Assembly: GCA_049519175.1 (NCBI GenBank)
Contig: JBEKQZ010000001.1
Location: 399,679 to 463,678 of the forward strand
DNA from: Candidatus Levyibacteriota bacterium
Lineage (GTDB): Bacteria > Patescibacteriota > Microgenomatia > Levybacterales > UBA12049
Length of the DNA stretch: 64,000 nucleotides
Direction of reading: 5' to 3'
Shown piece by piece: positions 49,649 through 59,352 of this stretch. The notes beneath the pieces were generated by a model. That model was not told where the DNA came from, did no database searches, and was given only the letters and a program-made list of their open reading frames with translations. The stretch's first letter is position 1, and each line of letters begins with the position of its first letter. Position numbers and translations under genes: made by a program.

Positions 49649-50662
49649 ATGAAACGAATTTATTTAAATCTTAAAAAGATAATTGCAATTTGCTTAGTAC
49701 TCTTATTTCTAATTGTCATTGGATCAATATTTATTAAAACTTCATATAATTGGGCAAAATTATATTCTACCGATGGATCTTTTTCTATTAATTTCCCTTC
49801 AGCGCCTACAAAAACAGTTTCCGAACAACAGTTAAAAAACGACTCTAGAAAGGTAGCAATTACTGAATACAGAAGCGAACCAAGCAAAAATATAATTTTT
49901 AGTCTGTACTTTACTAAGTATCCTTTTTATTTTGATGATACTACGAAAACTCTAGTTGGGTTACGTGATGAAACTTTATCTTCAAATGGTAAGTTTAAAT
50001 TATTAACATCTAATTTAGGGAAATATTTTGGATTGCCAGGAGTAAAATTTACAGCAATAAATCAAGACTCAACATCCCCAAAATATTTAAATGACTTAAT
50101 AATTTTACTAGGAAACTCTGCATATATCATGGAGCTCGACGACAATAATAATGATTTAGCGAGTTTTAATAAGTTTTATTCTTCTTTTAGCCTATCTGAT
50201 ATTTGGCAAACATACACCTCTAATGAAGGCAATTTTAGGATTTCATTTCCCACCGCGAGCAGAAATATGTGGTCATCCGATATAAGTCTTTCCGCAACAC
50301 AGAAGAAGCATGAAATAACTATCGATACATTTGATGCAAAAGGTGATCAATACTCTGTACAACTAGATATTTATCCTTACAATCTTAGTGGTTCGCAAGA
50401 AGAATTAAATTCTATAAAGAGTCATATTGAACAAGCACTTGCAGGTTTCACGGTAATATCAGACAAGGATAGTACTTTTAAGGGATATCGCTCCTTTGAT
50501 TTGCTATTAAAAAAACAGAATAATTTTATTAAATATCGGGACTTTGTCGTAAATAATTATGCTTATATAATAATTTCAAGCTCAACCAATAGTGATTTTC
50601 CGAAATTTGAGGATTTTGCCAATTCTTTTCAGTTAATAAATACTAATCCAACTATAAAATAA
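49649..50662 (+). CDS. Membrane-anchored protein with two tandem PsbP/DcrB-like domains
   Basis: TM followed by repeats WAKLYSTDGSFSINFP and WQTYTSNEGNFRISFP. Confidence 0.65.
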   Translation: MKRIYLNLKKIIAICLVLLFLIVIGSIFIKTSYNWAKLYSTDGSFSINFPSAPTKTVSEQQLKNDSRKVAITEYRSEPSKNIIFSLYFTKYPFYFDDTTKTLVGLRDETLSSNGKFKLLTSNLGKYFGLPGVKFTAINQDSTSPKYLNDLIILLGNSAYIMELDDNNNDLASFNKFYSSFSLSDIWQTYTSNEGNFRISFPTASRNMWSSDISLSATQKKHEITIDTFDAKGDQYSVQLDIYPYNLSGSQEELNSIKSHIEQALAGFTVISDKDSTFKGYRSFDLLLKKQNNFIKYRDFVVNNYAYIIISSSTNSDFPKFEDFANSFQLINTNPTIK

Positions 50663-50843
50663 ACGCTTTAAAAACCAATGAGAATCTCTGTCCCCTAATT
50701 TTTTTATCCACGTCGCACATCTCAAAAATGTTCCTTGTTTGACTTCTATTCTTTAAGGGAGTACAAAGTTATAGGAAGTGACCTGAAGTTTGAAGTGGGG
50801 TCGCTGTGAGAAGCTAGGGCTGGGAAACCAGCCCTAAAGTAAT

Positions 50844-51767
50844 ATGCTATCGGATAAATCAATTCAGGAATTTAAGGCTATTTATAAAAAGGAATACGGA
50901 ATAGAGCTTTCTGATGTAGACGCAAGAGTCGCTGGGGAAAGATTAACTAGTTTTGTAGGTTTGTTGCTCGATCAAGTAATGACCGAAGAACAAAGAAAGA
51001 GAAGGCTTAAAGAAGAAAAGATAAAAGGATTTTTTCTAAAGGAAAGCGATGGTCATTATACGTGTGCAATTTGTAGGGAAACACTTCCCGGTAACGAAAT
51101 ATGGTGGAATCCGAAAGGCTTAAGATGTAAAGACTGCTGGAGAAATATTCAGCAAAAGGTAATTCCTCCTCTTGATTACGATAGCGATGATAGGGTTTGG
51201 ATTAAAGAATGGGAAATTCAGTCTGAGTTCGGTATTCACCCGGCAACCCGAAGAAAACTTGAAAGACAAGGGATTTTAATAGGAAGGGATTTAAAAAGAG
51301 AAGACGGAACAATTTATTGTACTGTCTATCTAATCAAAGAGAATGAAAAATTTCTCAAGACTTACAAAAGGAAACCTAAAATGAAAGTGAAGTTTGTAAG
51401 TGCCCAAAGCAATAATGTGAAAGCTAAAACCACCTATCCCACAGAAAAGGAATTACTTGAAATTAGAGATCGGGACAAAAGATGCGTATACTGTGGTAAG
51501 AAATTTGATAAAACTAGAGAGAAGGATTTACCAACGATTGAGCATCTAAATCACAGACAGGATTGGGATAGTGTGGGTGACTATAGACGGCAAGGAAAGC
51601 CAGTTTCGGAAATCTTAGCAATCTGTTGTATGGAATGCAATAGAAATAGAGGATCTAAATCTCTACATAAATGGTTTGAAACTAAATACTGTGTGGATAA
51701 CGGTATTAGCTATCAGATGGTTACTGAAGTAGTTAGAAAATACATAGACAAATACGAAAAAGATTAA
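50844..51767 (+). CDS. CPR-type hypothetical/Zn-finger protein fused to a C-terminal HNH nuclease
   Basis: EFKAIYKKEYGIELS N-terminus; CAIC..CKDC; RDKRCVYCG..TIEH..CCMECNRNRG. Confidence 0.75.
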   Translation: MLSDKSIQEFKAIYKKEYGIELSDVDARVAGERLTSFVGLLLDQVMTEEQRKRRLKEEKIKGFFLKESDGHYTCAICRETLPGNEIWWNPKGLRCKDCWRNIQQKVIPPLDYDSDDRVWIKEWEIQSEFGIHPATRRKLERQGILIGRDLKREDGTIYCTVYLIKENEKFLKTYKRKPKMKVKFVSAQSNNVKAKTTYPTEKELLEIRDRDKRCVYCGKKFDKTREKDLPTIEHLNHRQDWDSVGDYRRQGKPVSEILAICCMECNRNRGSKSLHKWFETKYCVDNGISYQMVTEVVRKYIDKYEKD

Positions 51768-51863
51768 CTATATCAAACTACATCATCATTGAGACACCCT
51801 TTTTATACTGTCTCATTCGTCTCATTTAGCCTCAAATGTGAGACACCGCTATAATGATATAAT

Positions 51864-51887
51864 GGGTCTAGACCGAGATGCTCAGCT
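51864..51887 (+). repeat. 24-bp imperfect direct repeat, copy 1
   Basis: GGGTCTAGACCGAGATGCTCAGCT; 19/24 identical to 52728-52751. Confidence 0.65.
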
Positions 51888-51968
51888 GAAAGAAGTGAAG
51901 CTGTGGGCTGGATGAGAAACGCCGCTAGCTCTTTAATTTCGGCTTCCGAAACGCTATAATCCCCAAAT

Positions 51969-52721
51969 ATGATCGCTATGGAAAGAAAACCGGAAGTTAC
52001 TTCTGAAATACCCGCATTATATTTTTTAGACACAGGTTTACCCGTTAAATACCCTGTTTGGACGGGATTGAAAGAAGAGTTGCGGACTGAAGAAAATTTG
52101 TTTACTGCTGTGCAAGAACGGAAATCGGGACCGGTTGATGTTTATGTTGATGCTTATCGCAGAGCACGGCAAAAAATTAAGCCAAGAGAATATTTTCATC
52201 ACGTGGGCCAAAGAATTAATCCTGAAGGCTGGACCACTGCAACAGCCACCGATATCACCTCTTTTTTTGTTTTACCTGGCGCGCAAGCCTTAATTGCCCT
52301 CAATCTCAATATGGGCCTAGATATGACAGCTCCCAAATTAGCAGTCGCTGCGGCATTGACCGGCATAAGCCTTATGGCAGATTGGTATGCACTTCGCAAA
52401 AAAGGCTGGGATATCTCGATTGTCGGATGTGTTGCACAAGCAATTACCGGAAAACCTGCTCTGTCTGCAATGCTTGAGCATACTATTAATTACATGGGAC
52501 CATTTAATGTTGTGAATATCGGTGCCATCACCGCTGGTATAGCCACAGGTAATTTTTCCTTCCTGATTGATAATATAACGGCGGCTCCTTTTGTTTTGGC
52601 GCCATGGTATATTGTAATGAATACGTTAATCGGTCATGGGCAAGCCGACAAGGTCTTGAATCCAATAGGAAAAGCTGAAGACGCTATCGCAGGCAACATT
52701 AAGCACGCGATTAAAGGATAA
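51969..52721 (+). CDS. Hypothetical membrane protein
   Basis: Several hydrophobic helices; flanked by direct repeats. Confidence 0.6.
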   Translation: MIAMERKPEVTSEIPALYFLDTGLPVKYPVWTGLKEELRTEENLFTAVQERKSGPVDVYVDAYRRARQKIKPREYFHHVGQRINPEGWTTATATDITSFFVLPGAQALIALNLNMGLDMTAPKLAVAAALTGISLMADWYALRKKGWDISIVGCVAQAITGKPALSAMLEHTINYMGPFNVVNIGAITAGIATGNFSFLIDNITAAPFVLAPWYIVMNTLIGHGQADKVLNPIGKAEDAIAGNIKHAIKG

Positions 52722-52727
52722 GTTAAC

Positions 52728-52751
52728 GGATCAAGACCTGAATGCTCAGCT
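52728..52751 (+). repeat. 24-bp imperfect direct repeat, copy 2
   Basis: GGATCAAGACCTGAATGCTCAGCT. Confidence 0.65.
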
Positions 52752-52811
52752 AGACAAATTCCTTTTTACTAACATTTGACAAAGTTTTACATAAAATGAG
52801 ATGCTTAATTA

Positions 52812-53186
52812 ATGGAACCGCAAGAACAACAGCAACAACCTCAATTACCGCAACAACAGCAGACTTGTCCGTTCTGTCATTTCCAACTTTTACAAAATTA
52901 TTATTTTTGCCCAAACTGCGGCAAAAAAATCAGTGAGCCGCCAATCACGATTATCAAACAAATCGGTGTATACCTATTGAGTATTTTTTTACCGCCCTTG
53001 GGACTTTGGCCGGGCATTCGGTATCTTTTTTCCAAAGATGAAAAAACGAAAAAAGTCGGAACCATCGCCATTGTCTTAACTATTATTTCAACCATAGTTA
53101 CGCTTTGGCTATCGGTAGCAATGTTTAATAATCTAACTAAAAACGTCAACTCACAATTAAACCAATATCAAAACCTGGACTATTAA
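52812..53186 (+). CDS. Zinc-ribbon membrane protein
   Basis: CPFC...CPNCG plus 2 TMs. Confidence 0.8.
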   Translation: MEPQEQQQQPQLPQQQQTCPFCHFQLLQNYYFCPNCGKKISEPPITIIKQIGVYLLSIFLPPLGLWPGIRYLFSKDEKTKKVGTIAIVLTIISTIVTLWLSVAMFNNLTKNVNSQLNQYQNLDY

Positions 53187-53203
53187 TTTGCTATAATAAT
53201 TTT

Positions 53204-53770
53204 ATGCTTGGGCTAACCAAATCACAATTTTTCAGTGTGTTAAAGATTTGGATTCCGCTTGCCATCGTCACCACAGGACTGTGCGGGTTAATTTATTTGG
53301 CGGTCCAACAAGATATTAGAATCGGCGCCAACGATCCGCAAATTCAAATTGCCGAAGACGTTGCCCGACAAATCTCGACCGGAGAAAGTCCACTGGCTTT
53401 TATTCCACCGATAAAAGTGGAAATTTCCGAAAGTTTGGCTAACTACATTATAATTTTTGATGACAAACAAAAAATAATCGGCTCTTCGGCTGTGCTAGAT
53501 GGCAAAACACCAGTCATTCCGCAAGGAGTGCTTGATAAAACCAAAGCTGTTGGAGAAACGCGTTTTACCTGGCAACCAGAAGGTGGCGTTAGAAGCGCCG
53601 TGGTGGTTGATTATTTTAAAGGAGCAACCAATGGCTATGTCCTGGTAGGCAGATCGCTTCGGGAAATTGAAAATAGAGAAAATAATTTGGAGCTAATCGT
53701 TTTTCTAACCTGGGCTGTAACTCTAGGAGCCAGTCTTGCCGCCACCACAATTCTTAGCAAGCTCAAGTAG
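53204..53770 (+). CDS. Conserved membrane protein (TM, sensor-like loop, TM)
   Basis: RIGANDPQIQIAED, TWQP..GVR, GRSLRE. Confidence 0.7.
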   Translation: MLGLTKSQFFSVLKIWIPLAIVTTGLCGLIYLAVQQDIRIGANDPQIQIAEDVARQISTGESPLAFIPPIKVEISESLANYIIIFDDKQKIIGSSAVLDGKTPVIPQGVLDKTKAVGETRFTWQPEGGVRSAVVVDYFKGATNGYVLVGRSLREIENRENNLELIVFLTWAVTLGASLAATTILSKLK

Positions 53771-55310
53771 GATTAATGTGCAAAATTAACGTCTTCCCAA
53801 AACAACCTTTTTTTAACGTGTAAACTCCAATCGTATTTTTGCCGTAAGGATTACTAATGGTTTTAATTTTTTGGAAAAATTTTTCCAACCCCGCCTGCTG
53901 CTCGTCCCTAGCTGCAAAATAAAATGGCGAATTTAAAGATAGACAGTCGTAACTATTTAATTTAATTGGAAAAAGCTCTGTTGCAAAATAGACCACTTTG
54001 ACATTGGTTGAATTAGCAAAATAATCGATTAAAGCACTTTCCGGATTGCCGGTATTTTCGGCAATACCAACTACTATTGGTTTGTCTTGGGAAACACTTT
54101 TGAAATAATCAACCGCCTCATTAATCCCGTATCCCGACGTCACCCCGCTCAAATAGCTGGCGTTAACCGACGGCGCATAAGGTAGCGTCTTAGTTAAATA
54201 CAGCGGCGGATTAAAAATTTGCAGTAGCGTTAGCAAAAAGGGAATTGATGCAATAATTAGTATTAATAAAATCCCTAAGACTTTTTGCCTTTTAAAACAA
54301 ATCCATAATAGATATGCAACCGGAATTAATAAAAACGGCAAGAAAGAAACTACATATCTATCCGAGGGAATTTTAACTAGCAACGTTGTTCCCAAAAGCG
54401 GCAAAATAAAAAATAGAAGAAGGATAATTTGGTTTTTTTGTCCTTTCCAAAAAATATAAATGATTCCAACGATACTTAGTAAAAATAACAGCGGCGTCAT
54501 AAAAGTTAAACCGATTTGCGTATTAACAGTCAAGGAATTTGCCCAAGTTTTGAGAGGAAAAGCGAGAATTTCCGTAAACGTTAACGAATAACGAGCGTTA
54601 CTTGATAATGTCTGCCAAAACTGCGGATTGATTAACAGAAAAAATATTGCTACCAGAAAAGTTAAAATTGTTATCACTAACGAATTTAACAAACGAACTT
54701 TTTTTGCAAAAACAGAATATCCAATCAAAACGAAAAAACCCGAACCGAGAAATAACAGTGCCGAAGATTTTATAAAAAATCCAATCCCTAAAACTATTCC
54801 CAAAAGAATTGGAGATAATTTCGATGCAGGATTTAGTAAAGTTTTTAATAAGAAATAGCCGGTCCAAATTCCGACCGCCGCAATTGCACTTTCCATTAAG
54901 GCTTGGCGGTCGTAAAAAGAGAATAGGGGAGTAATGGTATATAGAAAAACCGCTATCAAACCAACTTCTTTGGCAAAATATTCTTTGCAGATTTTATAAA
55001 TTCCCAGCATTGTAAAAAATCCGGCTAAAACTGAAATTAGTCTTCCGGCAAAAAGCGGATCGGATAAAATGCTTTCTGCGATTCCGAAGATCCACATTAA
55101 CAATGGCTGCTTGGCATCATAAAGTGAATAGTATAAAAACCCGGCGCGGTGAGTTTCCCGAAAACCCCAATCCAAATAAATTGCCTCGTCATTAAATATC
55201 GGCAGCTTAGTTAAGTTGATTAAACGGAAAACAAAATAGAACAGCGACAATAATAAGAGCAGTTTGTTTTTTCTTCCCCAATCAAATAATTCTTCGAATA
55301 ATTTCTCCAC
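53763..55310 (-). CDS. GT39/ArnT-like membrane glycosyltransferase
   Basis: PIFNDEAIY, KQPL, multiple TMs, RY. Confidence 0.85.
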   Translation of the reverse strand: MEKLFEELFDWGRKNKLLLLLSLFYFVFRLINLTKLPIFNDEAIYLDWGFRETHRAGFLYYSLYDAKQPLLMWIFGIAESILSDPLFAGRLISVLAGFFTMLGIYKICKEYFAKEVGLIAVFLYTITPLFSFYDRQALMESAIAAVGIWTGYFLLKTLLNPASKLSPILLGIVLGIGFFIKSSALLFLGSGFFVLIGYSVFAKKVRLLNSLVITILTFLVAIFFLLINPQFWQTLSSNARYSLTFTEILAFPLKTWANSLTVNTQIGLTFMTPLLFLLSIVGIIYIFWKGQKNQIILLLFFILPLLGTTLLVKIPSDRYVVSFLPFLLIPVAYLLWICFKRQKVLGILLILIIASIPFLLTLLQIFNPPLYLTKTLPYAPSVNASYLSGVTSGYGINEAVDYFKSVSQDKPIVVGIAENTGNPESALIDYFANSTNVKVVYFATELFPIKLNSYDCLSLNSPFYFAARDEQQAGLEKFFQKIKTISNPYGKNTIGVYTLKKGCFGKTLILHINPT

Positions 55311-55411
55311 TGGCTTTATTATTGATTATCGAATATCTTTAGTCAAATGCTGTAATTTCGATACCGAAGATATCTAATGACAAAATAATTTTGTGCTGAT
55401 ATAATCTATTT

Positions 55412-55861
55412 ATGGCCAAGAAAAACGGGATTTACAGAAAACTTTACCGCTCAGAAACAAACCGCGTCATAGCCGGCGTAGCCGGTGGGTTAGGGGAATA
55501 TTTTGAAGTTGATCCAACCATTATCCGGCTACTTTTTGTGCTACTGACGGTTTTTGGCGGTGGAGGAATTTTGGTTTATATCATACTTTGGATTCTTATT
55601 CCCTGCGAAAGTTGCATTAATAAAAATTCTGAAGACACCATTAAACAAAATGCCAAAGAATTAAAAACTAAAGCAAAAACTTTCGCCCAGGAATTTAAAG
55701 GTATGTCTATGGAAGACCATCCCCGTAACTGGCTCGGCTTCTTAATCATTATTCTTGGACTACTATTCTTATTTGATAACCTGGGATTCTTGCAATTTCA
55801 TCTTTTTTGGCCACTGCTTTTGGTTGCGTTAGGATTTTTTCTGCTTTTTAAAAATAAATAA
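55412..55861 (+). CDS. PspC-domain protein
   Basis: LYRSETNRVIAGVAGGLGEYF..DPT..R. Confidence 0.9.
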   Translation: MAKKNGIYRKLYRSETNRVIAGVAGGLGEYFEVDPTIIRLLFVLLTVFGGGGILVYIILWILIPCESCINKNSEDTIKQNAKELKTKAKTFAQEFKGMSMEDHPRNWLGFLIIILGLLFLFDNLGFLQFHLFWPLLLVALGFFLLFKNK

Positions 55862-56208
55862 TGGTCAAAGAAACTAAAGAAACAGACGAACAAATTATCG
55901 AAGGCATTCCGGTTGGATATTACCATAAGAAACATAGCGGAGAATCGGTTTTGGGGTTGGTAATATTATTCATCGGCATCCTTTTTCTTTTCAATAATCT
56001 TGGGTTGGTTCCCTGGAGCGTGTGGAATGGCCTTTGGAAATTCTGGCCGGTTATCATCATTCTTATTGGTATAAAAATGTTCGCGGGAAGGAGTTTATTA
56101 TCCAGAATTTTATTAACACTACTTTTGATTTTTGTTTTTGCCGGAGTCCTAGCCTACATTCTTTATTACTACGGAGTCTTCGCAACGCTTGGCATTTCCT
56201 TCTTCTAA
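55861..56208 (+). CDS. LiaF/DUF5668-like membrane protein
   Basis: GILFLFNNLG...WKFWPVIIILIG. Confidence 0.75.
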   Translation: MVKETKETDEQIIEGIPVGYYHKKHSGESVLGLVILFIGILFLFNNLGLVPWSVWNGLWKFWPVIIILIGIKMFAGRSLLSRILLTLLLIFVFAGVLAYILYYYGVFATLGISFF

Positions 56209-56984
56209 TGAGCACTAGTCGAAGCTCCCGGATTTGTTATTCCCAAACCTTTTAGGCCTTGTCTGATGGAAACAGCATCGCTATAAGCAACTTTTAAATC
56301 TTGGACAGCGGCTTGGATTTTTGTCCTGGCGTCTTGAAGGCTAGGCTTATTTCCCGGATATCCTTGCGCGTTTAAAGGAGTCAGCTCTGCTTGCGCCACG
56401 GCAGTCTGGATGCTTGCATCATTAATTTTTGCTTTCATATCAGCAAGCGAAATATTTAATTGGGATACATTATCACCGGCGGCTTGAGCTTGGTTAATTC
56501 TGGTTTGCAACTTAGTATAAATTTGACTGAAAGTATCTATGGTAGTAGAGGTTCTGTCCGTCGCCACCAGTAAATTCACTTGTACCCTAAAAAACAAGAA
56601 AATATAATAGTTGTTGATGATTGATTTAACATCGGTTTTTAAAGTTGCATTGTCCGTATCCGCGTTGATTTTTGTTTGTAGAGCATTGAGTCCATCAATT
56701 TGGGCTTGAATTTGACTTTGCAAGCTGGCTTTTTCTGCCAATGAAAGCTTTTTAACGCCATTAATCTGGGCTATCAATTGAGTCAAGAAATCTACTCTTC
56801 TGGTAATTTCTTTTTCCGCCCTACTTCTTAAATCCTGTGAGACATTTGCTTGAATTTGCGTGATTACTGCGGCTCTTGAAGCAATTCTTGCTTCTCTTGC
56901 TTGCAACAGATTCCCTCCAACCGCATAGGAAGAATTGGCTGAAAGAATTAATCCGAACAATGTTAATATGATTATTTTTTTCAT
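56205..56984 (-). CDS. Secreted helical coiled-coil protein
   Basis: Signal peptide; Q/A-rich heptads. Confidence 0.7.
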   Translation of the reverse strand: MKKIIILTLFGLILSANSSYAVGGNLLQAREARIASRAAVITQIQANVSQDLRSRAEKEITRRVDFLTQLIAQINGVKKLSLAEKASLQSQIQAQIDGLNALQTKINADTDNATLKTDVKSIINNYYIFLFFRVQVNLLVATDRTSTTIDTFSQIYTKLQTRINQAQAAGDNVSQLNISLADMKAKINDASIQTAVAQAELTPLNAQGYPGNKPSLQDARTKIQAAVQDLKVAYSDAVSIRQGLKGLGITNPGASTSAH

Positions 56985-57359
56985 TTATTGTAAATTTGTT
57001 TGCTGATCATTGAAACTTTGGTTTACGTTATTCAAGTTGCTATTAAGATTATTTAAGTCCTGATCAGCCGCTTGCGTGTCCTGATTAATCGCGTTATCGC
57101 TCGTGTCTTTCACATTGATTTGATATGTCGATGGAATAGGCGTAATAGTCGGCGTTACTGTTGATTGATTATAGACTTGAATATTGGGAGTTGTTTTTTG
57201 TCCTTTATTGAAAAAAAGGAGATATCCCGACAACACTAAAACAATTACTATTATTACTATTGAAATTAACATCGCCAAAATTCTTCCCGTGCCAATTTTT
57301 GCCTGCGGAGCTTGTGGTAGAGGAGTAATCGGTTGTGGAGTTTCTGAACTATTTTCCAT
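56985..57359 (-). CDS. Single-pass membrane protein
   Basis: Pro-rich N-terminus, TM, N/Q-rich tail. Confidence 0.7.
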   Translation of the reverse strand: MENSSETPQPITPLPQAPQAKIGTGRILAMLISIVIIVIVLVLSGYLLFFNKGQKTTPNIQVYNQSTVTPTITPIPSTYQINVKDTSDNAINQDTQAADQDLNNLNSNLNNVNQSFNDQQTNLQ

Positions 57360-57433
57360 AATAAAAAGTTTACTCCTTATGAAAAGTTTTTGTCAAGCGA
57401 ACAAATTACAATAATTTGCTATAATAGCCTTAA

Positions 57434-57517
57434 GCCCAGGTGGCGGAATTGGTAGACGCGCACGCTTCAGGTGCGTGTATTCGCAAGAATATGGGAGTTC
57501 GAGTCTCCCCCCGGGCA
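57434..57517 (+). tRNA. tRNA-Leu(CAG)
   Basis: CACGC-TT-CAG-GT-GCGTG; long variable arm; A5-C68 acceptor mismatch. Confidence 0.93.
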
Positions 57518-57556
57518 CATTATATATACACTTAGATTGAAAAGATAGGAGCCTAG

Positions 57557-58210
57557 ATGAAATGGACAACTAGTCTTGCGTATAGCGTAGGACTAATCGT
57601 TACCGACGGTAATCTCTCAATAGACGGAAGACACATAAGCTTGACTTCTAAGGACTTGGATCAGATTACAACATTTGCCTCCTTATTAAATTTGAAAAAT
57701 AAAATTGGAAGAAAGAAGAGTTCATACAATCCTAAGGGCATTTATTATCAGCTACAATTCGGGAATGTGAAGTTTTATCGTTTTTTACTATCAATCGGAA
57801 TAACTCCCAACAAAACTAAGAGTTTAGGAGACATAGATATTCCACCTAAATATTTCGCAGACTTCTTACGGGGACATTTAGACGGTGATGGATTTACATA
57901 TTCTTATTGGGATAAAAGATGGAAAAATAGTTTTATGCTCTACACAGGTTTTATTTCAGCAAGTAAGGATCATATTTCATGGCTACAAGATCAAATAGAG
58001 AAAACTTTTCTAATAGAAGGCGTTATTAACTTCAATCGAACAGTTTATAGATTAATGTACGCAAAAAAGAGCTCTTTGATACTACTTAATAAACTTTATT
58101 ACAAAGACGATTTGCCCTGTCTTAAAAGAAAGAGATTTAAAATCGCGCAATGTTTAGCTATAATAAGAAGACGTGCGGATATGCTGGAACTGGTAGACAG
58201 GCATGCTTGA
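57557..58210 (+). CDS. Free-standing two-motif LAGLIDADG homing endonuclease ending inside tRNA-Leu(GAG)
   Basis: AYSVGLIVTDG and DFLRGHLDGDG helices; L.RK near the C-terminus. Confidence 0.88.
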   Translation: MKWTTSLAYSVGLIVTDGNLSIDGRHISLTSKDLDQITTFASLLNLKNKIGRKKSSYNPKGIYYQLQFGNVKFYRFLLSIGITPNKTKSLGDIDIPPKYFADFLRGHLDGDGFTYSYWDKRWKNSFMLYTGFISASKDHISWLQDQIEKTFLIEGVINFNRTVYRLMYAKKSSLILLNKLYYKDDLPCLKRKRFKIAQCLAIIRRRADMLELVDRHA

Positions 58211-58258
58211 GGTGCATGTGCTATAAAAAGCGTGGAGGTTCGAGTCCTCTTATCCGCA
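58175..58258 (+). tRNA. tRNA-Leu(GAG)
   Basis: CATGC-TT-GAG-GT-GCATG; long variable arm. Confidence 0.95.
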
Positions 58259-58396
58259 CAAGACCGGATATCCTCGTTGTCAAATTTCCAGAACTTGATA
58301 CACTTTAGCCAGCTTACTGAAATAGACAGGTAGGGTTCAAAACGAAATTGGTCTTTTCAAGAGTGGTATAATAGTGCTATAAACAATTTTTGAAAT

Positions 58397-59173
58397 ATGG
58401 ATATCCTAACTACAATAATAATATTTATAATTGTTGTACTGATAGTTTTATTTTTCTTGAGCGTTAGAATCGTTCAGGAATATGACAGGGGAGTAATTTT
58501 CCGCCTGGGAAGATACACGGGAGTCAGAGGACCTGGACTCATTCTTCTAATTCCTCTAATTGAAACTATGATTAAGGTTACACTTCGAACCATCACCATG
58601 GCAATTCCTTCGCAAAAAATAATCACAAAAGATAATGTTTCGATAGACATTGCTGCCGTTGCCTATTATCATATTGTGGATCCGAAAAAATCCGTAATTG
58701 CGGTTGAAAACGTTTACGAAGCGGTAAACCAAATCAGCCAGACAACGGTCCGAAACGTAGTTGGACAATTCGTTTTGGACCAACTTTTGTCGAAGACAGC
58801 CGATATCAATACCAAAATAAAAAATGTTATTGACGCCCACACCGAACCATGGGGTGTTAAAGTAACGGCAGTGGAAATAAAAGACATCACTCTTCCGGAT
58901 AATATGCAAAGAGCCATGGCTAAAGAAGCGGAAGCTGAAAGAGAGAGGAGAGCAAAAATTGTGGCAGCAGAAGGAGAATTCCAGGCAGCGCAAAAACTTG
59001 GTCAGGCAGCGGAATTAATTGCAAAACACCCTGTTGCGCTTCAGCTTAGAACCCTGCAAACAATGGCTGAAATCGCCACCGAGAAAAATTCTACCATTAT
59101 TTTTCCGGCGCAGTTTATGACCACTGTTCAAGAAGCAATCAAAACAATCGGTAAAGACCTCATAAGCAAATAG
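58397..59173 (+). CDS. SPFH/stomatin (slipin) family protein
   Basis: [35 protein letters not shown]. Confidence 0.93.
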   Translation: MDILTTIIIFIIVVLIVLFFLSVRIVQEYDRGVIFRLGRYTGVRGPGLILLIPLIETMIKVTLRTITMAIPSQKIITKDNVSIDIAAVAYYHIVDPKKSVIAVENVYEAVNQISQTTVRNVVGQFVLDQLLSKTADINTKIKNVIDAHTEPWGVKVTAVEIKDITLPDNMQRAMAKEAEAERERRAKIVAAEGEFQAAQKLGQAAELIAKHPVALQLRTLQTMAEIATEKNSTIIFPAQFMTTVQEAIKTIGKDLISK

Positions 59174-59280
59174 CTCTGTCTTAATAAGTCCGAAGCGATA
59201 AAACTCCTCCTTTTAATAAAGAAAAAAGAATTATTGTTTGATTACAAACTCAAATTCATTTATAATTTGAAATGCGGTTC

Positions 59281-59352
59281 GGGCACTTAGCTCAGTGGTA
59301 GAGCGCTGCGTTTACATCGCAGATGTCAGGGGTTCAAGTCCCTTAGTGCCCA
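59281..59352 (+). tRNA. tRNA-Val(TAC)
   Basis: CTGCG-TT-TAC-AT-CGCAG. Confidence 0.95.

Larger units (their letters stand above)
38362..51850. mobile_element. Serine-recombinase genomic island at tRNA-Gln carrying terminase genes and no capsid genes; right end approximate
   Basis: Recombinase next to the tRNA 3' end, AT-rich cargo, two DNA methyltransferases, TerS/TerL; host-like genes resume near 52.8 kb. Confidence 0.75.

Noticed and set aside
52821-52862. CAA/CAG-rich tract
   Set aside because: Encodes a low-complexity poly-Gln N-terminus; not a regular tandem repeat
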